A stretch of 63,776 nt of DNA, counting the filler, from Nemertoderma westbladi (lineage: Eukaryota; Animalia; Xenacoelomorpha): NCBI GenBank assembly GCA_032718475.1. It is 3 parts of 3 records of this genome, joined end to end, with 100 filler letters (N's around TTAATTAATTAA, not from the genome) between each part and the next. Parts side by side here need not be neighbours in the genome. Positions count along the whole stretch, not along the records: positions 44,551 to 63,776 come from JAUCBJ010003215.1; 2 more parts are not named here. One strand, written 5' to 3'. Under the pieces are notes generated by a model, which worked only from the letters and a program-made list of their open reading frames with translations, made no database searches and had not been told where the DNA came from. Position numbers and translations under genes: made by a program. Each line of letters starts with the position of its first letter. The stretch's first letter is position 1. Below, piece after piece: positions 53,809 through 63,776 of the stretch.

Positions 53809-55405
53809 AAGGGAAGCATTCTGGTTGGCTAGTTCATAATAGGGCTTAATAAGGGAAGCATTCTGGTTGGCTAGTTCATAATAGGGCCTAATAAGGGAAG
53901 CATTCTGGTTGGCTAGTTCATAATAGGGCCTAATAAGGGAAGCATTCTGGTTGGCTAGTTCATAATAGGGCCTAATAAGGGAAGCATTCTGGTTGGCTAG
54001 TTCATAATAGGGCTTAATAAGGGAAGCATTCTGGTTGGCTAGTTCATAATAGGGCCTAATAAGGGAAGCATTCTGGTTGGCTAGTTCATAATAGGGCCTA
54101 ATAAGGGAAGCATTCTGGTTGGCTAGTTCAAAATAGGGCCTAATAAGGGAAGCATTCTGGTTGGCTAGTTCATAATAGGGCCTAATAAGGGAAGCATTCT
54201 GGATGGCTAGTTCATAATAGGGCCTAATAAGGGAAGCATTCTGGTTGGCTAGTTCATAATAGGGCCTAATAAGGGAAGCATTCTGGTTGGCTAGTTCATA
54301 ATAGGGCCTAATAAGGGAAGCATTCTGGTTGGCTAGTTCATAATAGGGCCTAATAAGGGAAGCATTCTGGTTGGCTAGTTCATAATAGGGCCTAATAAGG
54401 GAAGCATTCTGGTTGGCTAGTTCATAATAGGGCCTAATAAGGGAAGCATTCTGGTTGGCTAGTTCATAATAGGGCCTAATAAGGGAAGCATTCTGGTTGG
54501 CTAGTTCATAATAGGGTCTAATAAGGGAAGCATTCTGGTTGGCTAGTTCATAATAGGGCCTAATAAGGGAAGCATTCTGGTTGGCTAGTTCATAATAGGG
54601 CCTAATAAGGGAAGCATTCTGGTTGGCTAGTTCATAATAGGGCCTAATAAGGGAAGCATTCTGGTTGGCTAGTTCATAATAGGGCCTAATAAGGGAAGCA
54701 TTCTGGTTGGCTAGTTCATAATAGGGCCTAATAAGGGAAGCATTCTGGTTGGCTAGTTCATAATAGGGCCTAATAAGGGAAGCATTCTGGTTGGCTAGTT
54801 CATAATAGGGTCTAATAAGGGAAGCATTCTGGTTGGCTAGTTCATAATAGGGCCTAATAAGGGAAGCATTCTGGTTGGCTAGTTCATAATAGGGCCTAAT
54901 AAGGGAAGCATTCTGGTTGGCTAGTTCATAATAGGGCCTAATAAGGGAAGCATTCTGGTTGGCTAGTTCATAATAGGGGCTAATAAGGGAAGCATTCTGG
55001 ATGGCTAGTTCATAATAGGGCCTAATAAGGGAAGCATTCTGGTTGGCTAGTTCATAATAGGGCCTAATAAGGGAAGCATTCTGGTTGGCTAGTTCATAAT
55101 AGGGCCTAATAAGGGAAGCATTCTGGATGGCTAGTTCATAATAGGGCCTAATAAGGGAAGCATTCTGGTTGGCTAGTTCATAATAGGGCCTAATAAGAGA
55201 AGCATTCTGGTTGGCTAGTTCATAATAGGGCCTAATAAGGGAAGCATTAGGGTTGGCTAGTTCATAATAGGGCCTAATAAGGGAAGCATTCTGGTTGGCT
55301 AGTTCATAATAGGGCCTAATAAGGGAAGCATTCTGGTTGGCTAGTTCATAATAGGGCCTAATAAGGGAAGCATTCTGGTTGGCTAGTTCATAATAGGGCC
55401 TAATA
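53809..55405. repeat. 42-bp homogeneous intronic satellite (about 38 copies)
   Basis: AAGGGAAGCATTCTGGTTGGCTAGTTCATAATAGGGCCTAAT with only scattered substitutions. Confidence 0.97.
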
Positions 55406-55486
55406 ATATTATAAAAATTTTTTCATAAATCATACAATGATAGAAATCATATAAAATTATAAAAGTTCTTTGAATATTTAACTTAC

Positions 55487-55967
55487 CTTTACCATCACAA
55501 CAGTGTAGAGCTTCTTCCATTCGAGATATTAACTCGGTATAGGCTATCACATGCGGCATATCCTGGCTAACCCAGTACACAATCTGGTGTCGTGCCACTG
55601 ATAAACCGAACACCGATGAAATAAACCCCAAGTTAAAAAATAAAACAAGAGGAATCAAAACAAAGATGAATGTCTGTGTCCGCATGGCAACACGACCAAT
55701 GTTGATTCTTCGGATAAATGCCCATACAAACACCGCCCCCGCATATAATAAATATATAATGCTAGAGATAAATAGTCCATGAAATCCACTGCTGTAGTAA
55801 GTCAGTATCGGCGACCCAGACTCTGTAGTGTCGCTGTGATTGGTTAATATATCGAGACTGATAATCATTGGAGTAGCAAATAGTTGCGCAACACAAGCAA
55901 TGGTAAACGATATCGAAAATATTGGCAATGCAGCAAGCCAAACTAACAAAGGAATTCGTATCGACAT
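55487..55967 (-). CDS. Tetraspanin-like gene, exon 1 (TM1-3, start of EC2)
   Basis: Three hydrophobic segments then MEEALHCCDGK. Donor AAG|GTAAGT after 481 nt (phase 1) matches exon 2; spliced protein ~253 aa. Confidence 0.8.
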
Positions 55968-57209
55968 TATTTCTTGGTCTATGTCTGCTTATCTGCGGCC
56001 TATCAGCTACGGTAATTTCAGGTTGTCTAGGTCATCCAACCGGAAGATCGTGAGTTCGAGCCCCAGATGCCAGACTAGGCTGTTATAAAAGGAACAGCCC
56101 AGTTCCCAGAAAATAGGTACCTGGCTAGCGGTACTTTAATAATGCGAGTCAGAGAGTATTCGTACTTGGCTTAGCAGCTTAGTCAGTTACCGCCGGTACC
56201 GTAGTGTCGCGCCCTCTCATCCCTGCCTTGCTTACAGTTCAGGGTTCAGCAGTTTCAGCATTACCCAATAACGATGACTGGAGGAGCCTCTGGCAGTGTG
56301 GTGTCTGAGGGTGTTTCGTGTTTTACGTTCACAGATAACTTTACTTTTACAGTTTTAGGCCTATATTGCAGTAGGCCTATTATACCGGTATCAGTCTGCC
56401 AGTTGGAAAGCAAATATGCAGATCCGGCGCCGGCCCCCAGGGTCAACGTTAAGCTGAAATAGAAACAAGCCAGTTCCCAATAGTTCCGAGTCGACTTGTC
56501 GAATTACGAATTATCGGAAAACGGGTGCCTATGCCAAACGCCTGCCGGTCGCGGTCGGTATTGCGGTATGCTGGCGTCTGGCGATGGGCTGGTTTGGCTG
56601 TTTGGTAGCATACAGTCTGACAGTACAGCAGTCTGGCAGTAGCCAGGTAGCAGCCGAGCAGTACTACAGTGCAATGCAGTAGGTATCGTTTATTGTTCTG
56701 GTTAGAAAAGTCTGCCTGTGCAGCTGTGTACATGCCGTGCCGACACAGCGGCACAGGTCGTGTATCCTGTGATAGAGAAGAGACTGACTGTGAGAGTAAA
56801 GGATATTAATATCACAGTCAGTCTCTATCATCGGTTTAGGCTTTTGCCTAAACCGGGTCATGAGTCTCTTTACTCTCACAGTCAGTCTCTATCATCCTGT
56901 TCAGCTGCTTCATGGCCTACGCTGTTTCTTGGTAATGCAGTACCGGTAATGCATAATGGATGATATGCTGATATGCACCGCACCAAGTCTTTTAAAAATG
57001 GTTTGCTCTTTGGTGAATTCAAATTTCCCGCTTTAATGTGTATATGACAACGTTGAAGAACAGATACTTGGACCAGTATAGCTATATCAGTATATCGTTA
57101 AAAACAGATCTGCTCTTGAACTTAAATTAATAGTTGAATAGCACCTGTCAGCCTGTCTATAGACAGATAGATAGTTAGTTCTACAACAACTGTTCTAGGT
57201 AGATACCTA

Positions 57210-58523
57210 CTACTACTACTGTACTAGGATCGGCATGCTGCATTGCAGCTGCATTTTTATGTAGGTGATTGATGCAGACTTGCATTAAAGTCTCCCAGGA
57301 ATGTTAAGAATGCATGCTGATCCACTCCATCAGTAGCTGCTTGTAGATTCTGGTAGAAATGTTCCACCTCATCTACAGGGGCAACACTAGTTGGAGAGTA
57401 GCACACAATCAGAACCACCTTAGGAAACTTCTTAGCCAGTCTTCCAGAACATGAGAAGTGGCAACGGATGATGCGGTTAGAGATTTGGTCTATTTTGTCC
57501 AATGCTGCATGTGCAGTTGGATTCATCAATAGACCAATTCCACCATTGCCACTATCATCTGCTGAAGCGAGGGCGAGTCGCCAACCGCCCCCATGTCCTT
57601 AATCAGAACCTCATCAGTCTGTCCAGTCTGCATTCGGTGCTCTTGAACACCCACTGCACTAAGAGAAAGCTTATCTGCCAAGGCAGTCAGCTCACCTTGT
57701 CGCATTGGGGACCCGAGTGTTAGGGTGTTTACTGAGGCTAGTCTAGTGACTTGCATCAGATTCACCAATGGCCTTGTTGGTCGGGGTGGAACATGAGAGT
57801 AGCCTCCAACTCCAGAATCCCTCTCCCCCTCACAATCTGGTCTCCCTGGTGACCCAGGGGGTTTGGGCCAGAAAGGTCATCAGGAAAGGGACTCAAAGAA
57901 TTGTTTGCCGCTCTCTCTCCAGTAGGGGGTGAGACAGGTAGCCGGTCAGGAGATAACTGACGCCTGTGAGGCCGATTGTGTCCAGTCATTCCACTGGCCT
58001 CTAGTGGCTGGACCTCCCGATTACTAATGTAATCCATAGTGGGGGTTGGGGGGTGCTTTTTTGCCGTGTCAGCTCTCGGGGCAAATACCACACCCTGGTT
58101 TGCCATTCCACAGGGTGGGTGCCGCAGTGGAGTCAGATATGAGGCCCATCACCCATATCTACTCTCGCGCACATGACCGACCATTGGCTGTGCAGCTCAT
58201 CTGCTGGGGCATGCCCTGTACCCCTGCTGCCAGGTGCAGGTCGCAGTGAAGTGCACTCAGAGTGGACATGAGAACACTCTACTCCTGACCAGCCATTGGT
58301 AGATCACCATCTGCCTGGCCAGGCCATATACCCCTGCAGCCAAGTATATGGGTCCTTAATCCAGGACCAAGGGCGTCCTTATCCCAGAACGAAGGGGGTC
58401 CTAGTTACAGGACCAGATTTGCCCTAGTAAGAGGGTCTATGCAGCTACAGGTGGCACCTCCTTTATGATGCATGAGGTGGCAAGTTTTCTTGATCAATGA
58501 CCTAGAATACCTGACCTGACCTA
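57210..58523 (-). mobile_element. Internally deleted RTE family B element: 5' UTR + endonuclease start joined directly to the 3' tail
   Basis: APE motifs ASVNTLTL, VGVQEHR, CYSPT, LGDFNA; tail GCATGCCGATCCTAG...(TAG)n; 13-bp TSD AGGTAGATACCTA (57197-57209 / 58524-58536). Confidence 0.85.
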
Positions 58524-58690
58524 AGGTAGATACCTAGAACAGGGGTGGAAAAAAATTAGGTTTTTTAAAGAGAAAAATAGGTCTTTAAAAAAAACCTCAG
58601 GTTTTATCTGTTTATACGTAGCTTTTTATTAAATAGATTTCGAGATTTTACCTTGCAACAAATCATACATTAAGGAAATGCAAAGCAGAG

Positions 58691-58990
58691 ATGGACACAC
58701 CAACATACATACACCTGATGATTGGTTTTCCCCAAGGGGGTCCTCTCAGTGGACCTTTGTTTACCAAAGATACTGATGAAATTCGAGCTGACGATGGATC
58801 CCTAGCAAAATATTCTGATGACTCAAGAAATCTACAGGCGATAAGGCATTCCGCAGAAAATGATAAATATAAGTCTAACATCCAGGGAATTGTTGAGCTA
58901 TCACATGGAAAAAACTTAAAGATAAACGCAAAGAAATCTGAAGAACTATGTTTCATTCCAATGAACTTTAAAGAACAGAATGTTAATAAT
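58691..58990 (+). pseudogene. Non-LTR RT fragment (L2-like)
   Basis: GFPQGGPLSGPLF, KYSDD, LKINAKKS. Confidence 0.7.
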
Positions 58991-59085
58991 TTACATCCTG
59001 GCGGGGCTGAACCTACAACCAATAGATTGCAGGCCCGGCGCTCAACCAAATGAGCTACCCCGCTATTATATATCTAATAAACAAT

Positions 59086-59300
59086 GAGATGGCCTACCGG
59101 TTTACCGAGATGGCCTACCGGTTTACCGAGATGGCCTACCGGCTTACCGGGATGGCCTACCGGTTTACCGGGATGGCCTACCGGTTTACCGGGATGGCCT
59201 ACCGGTTTACCGAGATGGCCTACCGGTTTACCGGGATGGCCTACCGGTTTACCGGTACTACCGGCCTACCGGTTTACCGGTACTACCGGCCTACCGGTTT
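59086..59300. repeat. 21-bp minisatellite
   Basis: GATGGCCTACCGGTTTACCG[A/G], about 10 copies. Confidence 0.93.
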
Positions 59301-59719
59301 ACATCCAATGATATTTTATTTATAATAAATAATATTTTGTTTTATATACAATTCTTAAATATTGGCACGTTATTTTTAATTTAATTTTATTTAATTTTAT
59401 TTAATTTTATTTATCTAGTTTGTAGGCTTATCGTTCAATTGTTTACTTTTCTTTTTTTTCGTTAATTTTCTCATACGTATTTTCAATTTTTATTTATTTA
59501 TTATTTTACTTAGCCTGATTTTAATTTTTATTAAATTGCTAGTCTCTCGTATCTTTTAATAATTTTGAGCTTTTTTTTTTTTTTAAGAATCTCAGCTAAC
59601 AAGTGACATTTACGTTTTAAAGTTTTATTTATTTTTACTGCAATTTTTCAATTTTAGCTAACAAGGATGCATAATTTTTTTAGGGGGGGGGGGGGGGGGG
59701 GGGGGTTATAGTAACTCCA

Positions 59720-60249
59720 CCTACTGGCTCCAGAAGTCAAGGAAATCCTGCCAAGTACCTAACTGATCTAGACTTTGCTGATGACTTAGGAGTACTCTCA
59801 GAATCACTAGAGGGAGCCCAACGGCTCCTCAGCTCATTAGAACATGCTGCTTCTAGTGTTGGTCTTTTTATTAACTCCAAAAAGACCAAAATTTTGACAG
59901 TTAACTTTGAAAGTCCTCAGCAAGTCTCTGACCGGATGAGCATAAGCTCAAAGGATGGTATGCTTGAGCATGTGGACGACTTCTGTTACCTGGGATCATG
60001 GATCCGGAAGCCAGGTGAGGACCTTCGAATACGTAAGGGAAAGGCATGGGCAGCCTTGAATAGGCTTTCCAGGATTTGGAAGTCACAGAGAATTAATCGG
60101 AAACTTAAGGTCCGATTATTTAGAGCAGCAGTAGTTCCAGCAAATTTCATGGATGATAGGGAGTTGTGGTGGCGCAATTTTGTCGACAAGCCGGCACAGC
60201 ATTCTTAGAAATGTTGCAATGCAATGCAGCATGTCGATCCTAGTAGTAG
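59720..60249 (+). mobile_element. RTE family B 3' fragment with internal deletion
   Basis: LTDLDFADD, DDFCYLGSW; ends GCATGTCGATCC(TAG)3. Confidence 0.85.
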
Positions 60250-60558
60250 GGGGGGGGGGGGGGGGGGGGGTGAATTTGATCTTACTTTTAACGTAATTTT
60301 AACGTATTATTTCTGTAATTTTAAAGTTTTATGTAATCTCCCTAGTCTTGCCTCATTGCAATTCTGCAAAGATCTTAGTACGATCTTGTCGGTCCTTACT
60401 AAGATCTTTGCAAATCGTAGCAAGATCTTTGCAGGAATTAATGAAATCTTAGTAAGATCTTTGCAGATATAGCAAGATCAATAAGATCTTTGCAGATTTG
60501 GAATGGAACTTAATATGATCTTTGCAGATATAGAAAGGGGAATACGATCTTTGCAGAT

Positions 60559-61761
60559 TGTTCGCGCTTTCAGACCTTTGGCAGTTTAACCCGCCAAATT
60601 AGAATGTCTTCTAGATAATAAATCTGCTTTTTAGTCTATGACAAGTATTTGATTCACTACACTAGTCGAAACCAATCCGTGCGCGACCATTCACCCGCTG
60701 GATATTCCCGGGAGATTGGGTTCGACGGTTTAATTTTTATTGCTATGTAAGCCTAATGTATTATTCGACTGACAGTATTATATAATCTCTGACAATATTA
60801 TTCACCTTCGGTAATATTAACAGTTCCTTTAGGACGTGGCGCTTTATCTACATAAACAGAGTTATGACTTAAACTACTCACAACGATATGGCTTAATTAT
60901 AATCCACATATATGGCGCATTCTTTAGGAATTGCTTCTTTAACAGACTCACTCATACACTATGCTGCACAATACTGCACACTAATCTGCCAATCTTCACT
61001 GATTTTAGTCACATATAAAAGGAACACAGGCTGACTCATGTAGGGTCTATCAAATAACATTAGATTCACTTCAAACCACTTTAACATAAGTCACAATCGT
61101 TATTGGTAACCTTTCTCTCTTACCTTCGGTATATCAAGAATATTGGGTTGCGGGGTTATTTATCGTTATTCCAAATATAATTATTCATCAACCATATTAT
61201 GAAGAACTGACAGCAAATAGCAGTATAAAACAACAAGTCAGTACCGGTATGTCAGCAATGAGATATAGGCATGCAGTGTCCGTTAAAGGATATATGCCCT
61301 TTATAATTAAACCTACTAGTGTACGACTAAAAAGCAGTACAGCACAAAATACTTCCAAGCCGTTCTTTCTTTGGCTCAAGACTGAATGTAAACACTGCAC
61401 ATAGGCATTGCGTCATTTCTCGGAAATTTTCTGTACAAGGAGCCACAAAAACGCTCTCATTGGCTGACTGAACTGAGAGACGCCGTAGAACAAAGGAAAT
61501 CAACACGTATGAATGTCAGCTGTTAACCGTAGTCATAGTAACTACTGTTCAAGAGTAGCTATCACCCTTTTGCGTCACGAATTGCCATAGAATCATAAAA
61601 TATGCCTTTCACAGTACACATACGGAGGAAATAGGTCTTAGATCCTCTAAAAACACCGATACAGCAATAATACGGTCTCTTACACTTATTAAATCAACTA
61701 CAGAGTATTTTAATGTAAAAGATAATAAAAATAACGGGGCAATTCAGCAAAGGCTTTTACA
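60559..61761 (-). mobile_element. 3' LTR (~1203 bp), LTR retrotransposon copy 3
   Basis: Minus strand TGTAAAAGCC...AAAGCGCGAACA, preceded by purine-rich GGGAGCGG (PPT-like). 60559-61190 is nearly identical to the reverse complement of 19760-20382. Confidence 0.85.
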
Positions 61762-63100
61762 CCGCTCCCAGAAAATGGGATTTTCAGTCTATAAAATATA
61801 AAAATCACAGTTTCTAAAACATAAAGATACTCTAAACAGTTAGTCTTTCTTACGCAGACGGCGTTTACGCAGTTTTTTGAGGCTAGCAAGAGTCTTTTTC
61901 TCTTTGGGGGGAGCCACTTTACTAGGAGGGCCATAACTCCTGGGTGAAGGGTGCAATATGATTGCATCAGAAGGTGTAGGATTGTGGTCGAGGTATCTGC
62001 CGTTTCGATATGCTTCTCCTCGAGCTGATTTTCCTCCGCTCGTAGCTGGATACGTTCATCCAAAAACTCTCGCAGAGAATAGGATCGTCCAAGTTCGATA
62101 ACTTCTTAGAGATTCTGGATTTCCCAATCGAATTGAGATAAGGCCAATTCGTTTATCGATTGGACTCACTGTTATAACTTACGTTTATCTGAACAAACGC
62201 AGGTTTCCTTTTTGATCTTTATAAAATAGCGTTTAACTCGTTTCGTACAACGCTCTCCTTCACCTTGATGAGGGGTTGTATCGCGTTAAACGTGGACGAC
62301 CATACGGTTGGATAGTGATATTAGGTGTCCGCGTCACAATCCGGCTAGGTAAGATGGGCGGCTAGCTAGAAATCACTGTCGGAGTGTTACCGATTAATTG
62401 TTAGGGTAGCACTAGATCTTTGAACAGTGAATACAGTCCGCGAGGATCCGCGACACCACCAAGATCGCAGGTCTGAGGTCCAACTAAGGAATGAGGAGGT
62501 TTGACCGAGTATTCCGGGACTCTGATCGTAGGTTTACTCCAGGATCGTTCGAGCCGAGTGAGCATAGGTGATACGTCAACAAGTTTCGGTTTACGTGGAT
62601 GTTTATGTCTTTCCGTTTATTAGTTGGGTCTAGGGCATTTATCGTAATAATACCAAAGACGCACGTCTGGTAGGGTAAACGCGGGTGATATTTATTTGTT
62701 GTTACAATGCTTCTATCAAGAATTCCAAATATACGTTGGAGTTACCGCGTCCATTTGTTTCTTAAGTGTCTTTTCTTTCGAGTCGATTTCGAATAGAATT
62801 TTCGCATTCGAATTTCCGTTTATGGTTCCGACTCCGCTGGGCAGGATATATAGTCGACATAGTCCGTATTGTGTAAATCGATAGGATGACAAGACCATCT
62901 TCTATCAACTCCGTCATATCTGCTATATATGAGTTTATCCATATTATAATGAGTTTATATTTAGGCGAGCGGGCGTCGCTGCCTACCCCAATCAACCCCG
63001 GACAGTACGAGATCCTCAGCGCCGATGTGTCGTCGCCGCTGTACTTTCGCCAACGACGTAGCCGCACAACGACAACGACAACCGGCACAAGTCACTCAAC
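61762..63100 (-). other. Probable 3' internal region of copy 3 with a fragmented, unassigned coding sequence
   Basis: Raised GC and overlapping short minus-strand ORFs directly upstream of the PPT/LTR; no integrase motif recognised. Confidence 0.4.
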
Positions 63101-63776
63101 TGTCCGTCCCAAAGGCTTAGATGTACTTCAGGTTTCCTTGGAGAGTTAGGTTACTTTTACGATTGCGACTAGCTACTGTAAACACACCTTAGCAGTAACA
63201 TTCACCTATAAACTCACAAATACCACACACACAACTTGTCACAAATTACACACACTCGGGTCACTTGTCCGTTAGTCAATGCCTTCCAGAATGTCACTGT
63301 ATTATTATGTATCCTTGGATACTATCAGTGCACTATTTATTCCCTATGCTATTCAATGGGACAAGCTTTCTATTGTTCTTTTAACTCAATTCTAATTCTA
63401 GCGTGGTTGTTGCTATGGTGACATTATGCAAAGCTAGCGGTAGAATTAGGGTGATTCCAATGCATACAGATCTGGGATGTTATTTAATAGTAATTCTTTA
63501 ATAGTCAATGTTCTGTTTTATACATGACTTTATGAATTTTATCGGCTATTGACTATGTTTGGGAGACTTTCACACACTCATACGCATGCTAAGATAAATC
63601 TCCGCTCCCTTGATCTATTAATTAATGGAATTTTGGGAACTTTATAAATTGCGTAAAAATGGCAATTTATTAAATTCATTAAAAGGCATGAATTTAAATT
63701 GATTCCCTGAAATTTTATTATTTGATAATTAAATGGACATATTTGGATTCCAGAACATGTCTGGGGACACAAGATC

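Noticed and set aside
53809-55405. CRISPR-like array
   Set aside because: Units are contiguous with no unique spacers and there are no cas genes; eukaryotic intronic satellite. The same applies to the 20-, 21-, 57- and 63-bp arrays.
58440-58523. HDV-like ribozyme at the RTE 5' end (GCCACCTCATGC resembles P3/L3)
   Set aside because: Could not build P1 and P2 by eye; a simple CACCTC/GAGGTG hairpin explains it.

Overview
AT-rich, transposon-dominated metazoan (probably invertebrate) DNA with two 100-nt scaffold gaps. Host-type genes: an intronless CYP20-like cytochrome P450 broken by a 5-bp duplication (45764-47229, -) and a two-exon divergent tetraspanin (53253-55967, -) whose intron is mostly a 42-bp satellite. 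The rest is nested repeats: two RTE-type LINE families, CR1/L2-, CRE- and Jockey/I-like fragments, BEL/Pao gag fragments, a decayed hAT, a P/Galileo-like THAP element, piggyBac- and Harbinger-type MITEs, a tRNA-derived SINE and several minisatellites. The main finding is an LTR-retrotransposon family with ~1.2-kb LTRs (TGTAAAAGC...AAAGCG[C/A]GAACA; three complete LTRs plus one related fragment). It has no tRNA primer-binding site. In both 5' LTRs the bases directly after the LTR are instead the exact reverse complement of a site ~760 nt upstream inside the same LTR. The two copies use completely different but self-matching sequences (13/13 and 16/16). This suggests tRNA-independent self-priming, as in Tf1, possibly in a BEL/Pao-type lineage. 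All coordinates and alignments were read by eye.
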